Below, piece after piece: positions 9,096-15,166 of a DNA stretch of 15,166 bases. Numbering within the stretch: position 1 is the first letter of the stretch; each line of letters starts with the position of its first letter. The notes under the pieces are model-generated. The model did no database searches. It was given only the letters and a program-made list of their open reading frames with translations, and was not told the DNA's origin. Both the position numbers and the translations under genes were made by a program. The DNA is from Rhodospirillales bacterium. GTDB taxonomy: Bacteria > Pseudomonadota > Alphaproteobacteria > Bin95. The DNA lies in NCBI GenBank assembly GCA_038143065.1, contig JAYQLI010000024.1:1-15166 (forward strand). Reading direction: 5' to 3'.

Positions 9096-9494
9096 ATGCA
9101 AAAATATTCTGGTCGATGTCTATGCGGGGCTATAAAATTCAAGACCAATGCATCACCATTATGGACCGCCCTTTGTCATTGCGAGACCTGTCGAAGGGCT
9201 TGCTCAGCTCCAGTTGTTGCTTGGGTTAGCTTTAAAGAGAACACAGTCACTTGGACAGGCAATCTCAACTATTATAAATCTTCTGAACATGGAACCCGAG
9301 GGTTTTGTGGAACGTGTGGGACACAAATGAGCTTTGTAAGTACCCGTTGGAAAGAACAGGTTCATCTTTATGCAGCATCTCTTGATGGGTCACCAGATTA
9401 TAAGCCTAGTTTACATTGCTACTTTGGCGAAAGATTAAGATGGATCTCTATTAACAATGATTTGCCAAAGTTCGAAACTTCTGCCCCACAATAA
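9096..9494 (+). CDS. GFA (glutathione-dependent formaldehyde-activating) / CENP-V family zinc protein
   Basis: Motifs GRCLCGAI, CHCETCRR and RGFCGTCGT, with RBS-like GAGAGGGG upstream; intact 132 aa. Confidence 0.92.
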   Translation: MQKYSGRCLCGAIKFKTNASPLWTALCHCETCRRACSAPVVAWVSFKENTVTWTGNLNYYKSSEHGTRGFCGTCGTQMSFVSTRWKEQVHLYAASLDGSPDYKPSLHCYFGERLRWISINNDLPKFETSAPQ

Positions 9495-9575
9495 ATGTCG
9501 GCTGCAAACAAGAAGCTTAACTTCAGCAATTTGGGTTAGCTGGTATTCACCCACAAGGAAAGGTTAGGTGTTAAA

Positions 9576-9923
9576 ATGAATAGTTTGATCAAAATGGAAG
9601 AGGATCAAATATTAAGCATAGTTGAAGCACTTATGGATAACTGTTTGGCAGGATCAAATGAGAACAATCATGCCAAGCATGTTAAAGATTTCACTGATAG
9701 AATGAAGAGAATTGTAACCCCAGAAAATCTTGCACAACAACTTTCACAAAGCCCAAGATCTTATTTCAGAGAGAGAAAGTTTATCGCTCTATTTAAACGT
9801 GAAAACTCTGTAGCGGTTGTGTGGAAGCAATATATATCGCTTTCGGAGGATGAACTTGTTAATCAGGCCATTTTTGTTCAGCGCGACAATAGAATTCTAA
9901 TTGATCATTGTATGATTTGCTAA
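9576..9923 (+). CDS. Hypothetical protein (115 aa)
   Basis: Intact ORF filling the intergenic space, with a purine-rich upstream region and AT-rich codon usage like its neighbours. A helical N-terminus is followed by beta-strand-like segments. No family confidently recognised. Confidence 0.75.
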   Translation: MNSLIKMEEDQILSIVEALMDNCLAGSNENNHAKHVKDFTDRMKRIVTPENLAQQLSQSPRSYFRERKFIALFKRENSVAVVWKQYISLSEDELVNQAIFVQRDNRILIDHCMIC

Positions 9924-10008
9924 TGTTAAAAAATGTGAAGCTATATTGCAAACGAGGTTGCCGATCTATTAATGATTTCAATTACGTCTTCCAAAACGGA
10001 GTTAGGGC

Positions 10009-11031
10009 ATGAAAGCAATTGTTGACCCACGCCAGGCCAAGCATAACCCACAACACTTCATGGCCACAGGTAAAGTTTTACCAAACCCAGAGCAGCCACG
10101 CAGAATTGAAGTCCTTCAATCAGGTGCTATTGCAGCAGGTGCGAGTTTTACTTCTCCAGAAGATTACGGAATGGGCCCAATTGCAGCAATCCATTCTCCC
10201 CAGTATTTGACATTCTTACAAACTATTTATTCTCGTTGGAGTCGTCTTGAAAACAGTGGACCAGAGGTTATTCCTAACATACACCCTAAGGCCCGATCAG
10301 ATAACTATCCCAAATCTGCCGTTGGGCAGGCAGGGTACCACCAAGCAGATACAGCTTGTCCCATAAATGGCGATACTTGGGGGTCAGTTTATTGGTCTGC
10401 GCAAACTGCCATTAGCGCTGCGGAACTTATAAAAAAAGGTAATGATTGTGCCTATGCATTATCCCGACCTCCTGGGCATCATGCTTTTTCAGACTTAGCC
10501 GGTGGTTTCTGTTTCCTGAATAATTCAGCTATAGCCGCGCAACATTTATCCTCTTATGGCAATCGTGTCGCAATTTTGGACGTAGACGTTCACCATGGAA
10601 ATGGAACTCAAGGTATTTTCTACGAGACGAATGAGATATTTACTATTTCTTTGCATGCAGACACTAAAAGATTTTATCCATTCTTCTGGGGACAAGCGCA
10701 CGAGCGTGGGAAAGATGCTGGAAACGGTTACAACTTAAATATTCCTCTGACACGAGGAACGGGTAATGAAGAATATCTAGATGCTCTGCAAACTGCACTT
10801 AAAGCCGTTTCCACATTTGGCGCTGATGTGGTCGTTGTGGCTCTTGGTCTAGATGCTTATGAAAAAGACCCCTTAAAAGGTCTAGCTATTACTACCGATG
10901 GTTTTGCGCAAATTGGCGCTGCTATTGCCAGCCTAAGGTGCCCTGCTTTGTTTATTCAAGAAGGCGGTTACCTATCAGAAGAACTCGGGCATAATTTGAC
11001 AAGCTTTATGAATGGGTTTGGAGGTATCTAG
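10009..11031 (+). CDS. Histone-deacetylase-family enzyme, acetylpolyamine amidohydrolase (APAH)-like
   Basis: Motifs PEQPRR, RPPGHHA, GGFCFLNNSAIAA, ILDVDVHHGNGTQ (Zn ligands), ISLH, NLNIPL, ALGLDAY and QEGGY; GGAG RBS; intact 340 aa. Confidence 0.93.
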   Translation: MKAIVDPRQAKHNPQHFMATGKVLPNPEQPRRIEVLQSGAIAAGASFTSPEDYGMGPIAAIHSPQYLTFLQTIYSRWSRLENSGPEVIPNIHPKARSDNYPKSAVGQAGYHQADTACPINGDTWGSVYWSAQTAISAAELIKKGNDCAYALSRPPGHHAFSDLAGGFCFLNNSAIAAQHLSSYGNRVAILDVDVHHGNGTQGIFYETNEIFTISLHADTKRFYPFFWGQAHERGKDAGNGYNLNIPLTRGTGNEEYLDALQTALKAVSTFGADVVVVALGLDAYEKDPLKGLAITTDGFAQIGAAIASLRCPALFIQEGGYLSEELGHNLTSFMNGFGGI

Positions 11032-11179
11032 GCTTCACCTACGCCTTAAAAAGGTTCAATAAAATAAGCAAGTTGGGCACAGACGCACGCAAATTGCAAA
11101 TGTGATCCTCTATTTTGGAACCCACGGCTTTACGGGTTTTATGCAGTATTTCTGCTAATTCATTGATTTTATTTTTGAA

Positions 11180-12202
11180 CTAGGCCACAAATTGCCAAAT
11201 TACTCCAGAAAGCGTAGCGCCAAATATGCCTAACAAAATATAGGCAGCAAATACCTTTGACTTAACTAACGCCCAAACTGCAATAGCAGCAGGGATAGAG
11301 CTGATACCGCCCGCAATCATAAAACTCATAGATGCTCCTTTGCTCATACCCTGATTTAAAAGCGCATCAACAAGGGGAACAGCTGCATAACCGTATAAAA
11401 ATGCTGGGGCACAAAAAATAGCAGCACTAAAAATGGTAAAAAAGCTCTGCCCACCTACCAAGGTAACTATCAAATCTGCGGGCAGATACTTGATCACGAG
11501 CGCCTCTATCGTATAGGCAAGAGCTAACCATTTTAGGAGAAAGATCGCGTTTTCATATCCAGTTAGCTTAAATATCTCTACACGGTCAGCCTTTTGCCAA
11601 AAATACCAAACTGGCTCGCCTTGGAAAGGTTCTTTAATACCACAACAGCCACCAATTTGTGGCTTTTCTTTAAGTGGGTCTGTAAAAACTGGGGTCTTGT
11701 AAAACAACATGGTTAATCCCCCACCCAATATTCCAATACCCACTGCAAATATAGTTTTACCGATAGCAAAATCCCAACCAAGCGTGCCGCTTGTAATTAA
11801 AAACATGGCAGGGTCCATCAAAGGTGAGGATAGCCAAAACGCCATCACAGCACTCAATGGTGCTCCAATAGCTAGAAGTGCCGCTATAAACGGAATAACC
11901 TCACACGAACAGAAAGGTGATAAACCACCCAAGAAAGCTGCAAAAATGATCATTCTAAACTGTGGCCCTGAGAAGGCATTTGATAATAAATTTTCAGCAC
12001 CTGTAGCTTTTAAATAAGCAACCGCGAGCACTGCAAAGAGAATGAACGGAGCAGTACCCAGTAATGCTTTCAGCATGAATGATAACGTGTCTGTGAACAC
12101 GTCCAGATCCCAAATAGAAAGAAAAACAAAAATCAAAATCAAAGTAGCAAAAGCTTTATCAATCGATTTATATGATTTTTGAAAATTAGTTAGATCAGTC
12201 AT
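11180..12202 (-). CDS. Predicted permease, ArsP_1/DUF318-type two-repeat membrane protein
   Basis: Multiple hydrophobic helices. Signature LSPFCSCEVIP, MAFWLSSPLMDP and a second-repeat GASMSFMIAG; central loop contains GGCCG. Confidence 0.88.
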   Translation of the reverse strand: MTDLTNFQKSYKSIDKAFATLILIFVFLSIWDLDVFTDTLSFMLKALLGTAPFILFAVLAVAYLKATGAENLLSNAFSGPQFRMIIFAAFLGGLSPFCSCEVIPFIAALLAIGAPLSAVMAFWLSSPLMDPAMFLITSGTLGWDFAIGKTIFAVGIGILGGGLTMLFYKTPVFTDPLKEKPQIGGCCGIKEPFQGEPVWYFWQKADRVEIFKLTGYENAIFLLKWLALAYTIEALVIKYLPADLIVTLVGGQSFFTIFSAAIFCAPAFLYGYAAVPLVDALLNQGMSKGASMSFMIAGGISSIPAAIAVWALVKSKVFAAYILLGIFGATLSGVIWQFVA

Positions 12203-12259
12203 TTCTATTATTTATCTTCAGCTTAAGTCTATAAAACAAAACTACTATGGAATTACACA

Positions 12260-12607
12260 ATGCGCAAAATTTTTTCACAAAAAAACCTACACCCAAACAT
12301 CTCAAAGCAAGTTTTGGAATACCATAAAGAAGTAATCAATGAAGTTGAGGAAGCTATTGAAGAAAATCAAATTGTAATCGTAGGGATGAGATGGAATGAT
12401 GCTGTCTGGCAAGCTAAACGAAACTTTAAAAAAGCTGGGAAAAAATTTAAGTACTTAGAATATGGTAGCTACACTAATGGGTGGAGAAAGCGTTTAGCTC
12501 TAAAGATGTGGTCAGGTTGGCCTACGTTTCCGATGATATTTATTGATCAAAAGCTTATAGGTGGGAATTCTGATTTAAGAAAGTTACTCAAATCCGATAA
12601 ATTGTAA
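12260..12607 (+). CDS. Glutaredoxin-like protein lacking cysteine
   Basis: C-terminal LKMWSGWPTFPMIFIDQKLIGG matches the monothiol-glutaredoxin WPTFP...GG signature. The protein has no Cys. It is divergent from the permease across 57 bp. Confidence 0.85.
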   Translation: MRKIFSQKNLHPNISKQVLEYHKEVINEVEEAIEENQIVIVGMRWNDAVWQAKRNFKKAGKKFKYLEYGSYTNGWRKRLALKMWSGWPTFPMIFIDQKLIGGNSDLRKLLKSDKL

Positions 12608-12618
12608 GAGCAGTATCT

Positions 12619-12644
12619 TAGCAACCTAACCGCTGCTAGTTTTT
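12619..12644 (+). terminator. Weak candidate intrinsic terminator after the glutaredoxin-like gene
   Basis: TAGCA(12619-12623)...TGCTA(12634-12638) followed by GTTTTT. The stem is short and the loop is 10 nt. Confidence 0.25.
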
Positions 12645-12681
12645 GACTCCTACCCTCTAATCTACTGATTCAATATAAAAA

Positions 12682-12702
12682 TGTAGCCCCAGTGCAGCCC
12701 CA
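12682..12702. repeat. Short tandem direct repeat TGYAGCCCCA x2
   Basis: TGTAGCCCCA (12682-12691) and TGCAGCCCCA (12693-12702): period 11, one mismatch, GC-rich within AT-rich intergenic DNA. Confidence 0.5.
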
Positions 12703-12728
12703 AAAACAAAAGTCCCGCGTGATTTTCG

Positions 12729-12950
12729 CTAAGCCTTTAACCACTTGTAACAAATCAATCTAAAATCATTGCGCCTATTTTTAATAAAGTAACCATAAAG
12801 TACAGTTAACGAGCAGACCGCCATTGCAGCGCCTAGTATTGGTAAGTCGCCATTAGCGAATATATCTGACCCAAATACGCCAACAATTCCAATAATTGAG
12901 CCTAGCCAACCTCTCTCAGCACCATTACCATTTCTGAATAAAACTTTCAT
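12729..12950 (-). CDS. Small hypothetical membrane protein, possibly extending to about 13030 across frameshifts
   Basis: The ORF has two hydrophobic segments (WLGSIIGIVGVFG and ILGAAMAVCSLTVLYGYFI) followed by a basic tail. Adjacent frames upstream read DKYVDFLNSFIVV / VIALLFALGV, with RBS-like GAGGA on the minus strand near 13032-13036. Confidence 0.5.
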   Translation of the reverse strand: MKVLFRNGNGAERGWLGSIIGIVGVFGSDIFANGDLPILGAAMAVCSLTVLYGYFIKNRRNDFRLICYKWLKA

Positions 12951-13260
12951 TATTGTTTACACCTAGCGCAAATAATAGTGCTATTACGCAACAACAATAA
13001 ATGAATTTAAGAAGTCGACGTATTTATCTAGTCCTCACTGCAACAATGAATGTTGATACTATGCGTCAACATACGCTACTGAACATACTATTTTTTTGGT
13101 GTTCATTTTTGATTTCTTTTATTGAAATTCTTTATATTAATTAATGTCGGCTTTGGCTTTAGTGGCTGTTCTTTGTCAAATCTAATGTTGGAAGTGTCTA
13201 TTGTACTGACTTAAATCTTTGTGCAATCGTTGTAGTGAGTTTAATTGCGTGAGGTCTTGA

Positions 13261-15114
13261 ATGTCAGAAGAAGAAATTGATCGTAAAATCACAGTAATCT
13301 TTGGTAAACTGACGTAGTCGGTTACAGCAAGCAGGCAAAGCCGATGAGCGGGACGGTTAAAAATCTCTGTGCTTGTGAAAAGTTGCTCACTGGGCTTTTC
13401 AAAAACATAAAGGTCGCTTGTTTAACACAGGTGGTGACCCTTTTCTTGCAGAGTTTTCTAGTGCAGTATCAGCTGTTGAATGTGCTGTAGAATTTCAAAA
13501 GCTATAGAACAAAGAAACTCCACTGAAGAAGCTACAGTAAAATTAAAATTCCGCATTGGTATAAACTCTGGTGATGTCATTAAGGAAAAAGACAACTTAC
13601 TGGGTGATGGGGTTAATATCGCAGCCAGACTTGAAGCATTAGCTCAAAGCGGTGGTACCACTATCTCAAATCAGTTTATGACTATGTCAAAGGAAAGACC
13701 CAACACGAGTTCAACGATCTTGTTTACAAAAAGTTAAACTAAACGAGTTTCATGCTTTTGACCTGCTTCCTTGATCCTTCATGCAAAAGAGAAAATTAAA
13801 AACAAAGTCTAAATCTATTATACCCATCATAGGCGCTATCGCTGCTGCTTTGTTTGTTGGGGGTTTTTATTTCACAATTTTTCAAAACATATCTGATAAA
13901 TCACAACCTATTATTTCTGGTGATAAACAATCTATTTTAGTTATGAATTTTGAGAATTTGACTAAACGATGAGGATAATGGGTTCCTAGTGACTGGAATT
14001 ACAACAAGCATTCGATCAGTGTTAAACAGTACGGAAAGTGTCAAAAGTTCCTCCTTCTAGCACTACTAATTTCATAGCTAAAAATAAGTATGAAAATGCA
14101 CAAATTCACAAAAAATATGGTTTTGACTTTATCTTAGAGGTAATGTGCAGGGTGCAGGAAATAAAATTAGAATAGCTGTCGAAATGACAGATCTGGATAA
14201 AGAAAGCATAGTTTTTTCTGATATATATGATTTTGATGAAACAAAAGATATTTTTGATCTTCAGGATGAAATTGCTCTTTCTATTCTTCAAGCTAAACCG
14301 AAATAACATCAAAATTTGCACGTCCTGAATTAGCATCTAATGATCCTGAGCTATATAAGATGCACATTAAAAAGTACAATCGCTTTTTCAAAAAATACAC
14401 GTGAAACTAATAAAAGGCAGAAAATCTCTGGAAAAAAGTATTAGAAAGGAGCCTGATAATTTTAGGTTTATGAATAGCTTTAGGATGGGTTTATTGGCAA
14501 AAAATAATTTAAGGATCTCGGAGAACCCCAAAGATGATATTCAACAAGGTTTAATGCTTGCTAAACAAGGTGTTGTCAATTCGTCAGGAACTCATGCACC
14601 TGCACTGTCACTGGAACTTTCACTTGAGTTAATGATGGGAAATCATGACGAGGCATGCAAAAAAGTTGAGAAAATTTTCCAGCATTCAGAAACAATATTT
14701 GATACTGCTTTGGGGGCTGCTGGAGCGCAAAACTGTGGAGATCTAAAGTCAGCCATATCAAACTATGAATATGTATTAAATGATGCACCGCATTTTTCTT
14801 CCTGGGCAAGAAATCTATACAGTTATGCACTGGTGGAAAATGGGGACTTTGATAAAGCGTTGAAATTTTTCGAAGCGGAGCTGCAGAAAGAACATGCTTT
14901 TAAAGGATTTCCACAAACTATGTATCTTCTTTCCGCATTTATTTATAAGAAAAGGGGTAATGAAAAAAAGGCGAATGATTTTTTCGCACAACAAAAAAAT
15001 GAAGATGGAAAAGGAAAAAGTGCTAAAATAATAAGAGGAGAATTAAGCATGCTTAAAAATAAAGGTTTTATAGACGACCTTATTAATGAGCTCAGCTCCT
15101 TAGGATTAACTTAA
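13261..15114 (+). CDS. Class III adenylate/guanylate cyclase domain + transmembrane helix + TolB-like domain + TPR region; heavily frameshifted in this sequence
   Basis: ATG 13261 follows GAGG. Joined frames give RKITVIF.TDVVGYSK, GRLFNTGGDPFLAEFSSAVSAVECAVEFQ, FRIGINSGDV and GDGVNIAARLEALA; a TM helix IIPIIGAIAAALFVGGFYFTIF; TolB-like SILVMNFENL, GNVQGAGNKIRIAVEM and DIFDLQDEIALSI; and a helical TPR-like C-terminus (ORF 14401..15114). Confidence 0.85.
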
Positions 15115-15166
15115 TTATTCAACGAAGACTCTAATGAGAGAAGCTGAATACCTTTTTCAGAAAAAA

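Noticed and set aside
9515-10008. Integron-like signals: GCTTAAC...GTTAGGT (9515-9569) and GTTAGGGC just before ATG 10009
   Set aside because: Pairing is poor, no matching RYYYAAC follows the 9576..9923 gene, no integrase is present, and the GTTAGG motifs coincide with RBS regions.
11709-12017. + strand 102-aa ORF, and minus-strand ORFs 8591..8812, 8700..8909, 14106..14336 and 14576..14830
   Set aside because: Antisense to better-supported genes; no family motifs.
12911-12924. CTCTCTCAGCACCA resembling a tRNA 3' end (att remnant)
   Set aside because: No T-loop (GTTCRA) or cloverleaf upstream, and it lies within the minus-strand membrane-protein ORF, so it is probably coincidental.
1-15166. 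CRISPR array, rRNA/tRNA, IS element or phage-defence system
   Set aside because: No regularly spaced repeats, structural RNA signatures, transposase/integrase motifs or defence effectors were seen. The cyclase has a TolB-like/TPR receptor architecture, not a Pycsar-type cyclase-plus-effector pair.

Overview
Bacterial DNA, most consistent with a low-GC alphaproteobacterium such as a Rhodobacteraceae member (inferred from gene families, not proven). The window has two compositionally distinct halves. (1) 255-8113 is a GC-rich, translationally coupled six-gene operon: hydantoinase/oxoprolinase A and B subunits, a HisC-like PLP aminotransferase, an Asp/Glu-racemase/maleate-isomerase family protein, a MmgE/PrpD family protein and a D-2-hydroxyacid dehydrogenase. 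It looks like a catabolic pathway for an unidentified cyclic amide or amino-acid derivative. (2) 8103-15166 is AT-rich: a beta-propeller glycoside-hydrolase-like protein that overlaps the operon's last gene, a GFA/CENP-V protein, a small hypothetical protein, an acetylpolyamine-amidohydrolase/HDAC-family enzyme, an ArsP_1/DUF318-type permease, a cysteine-free glutaredoxin-like protein, a small membrane protein and a class III cyclase-TM-TolB-like-TPR protein. Many genes are split by 1-2 nt indels and I found no clear nonsense substitutions, which points to uncorrected long-read error rather than true pseudogenes. No rRNA, tRNA, CRISPR array, transposase or integrase was found.
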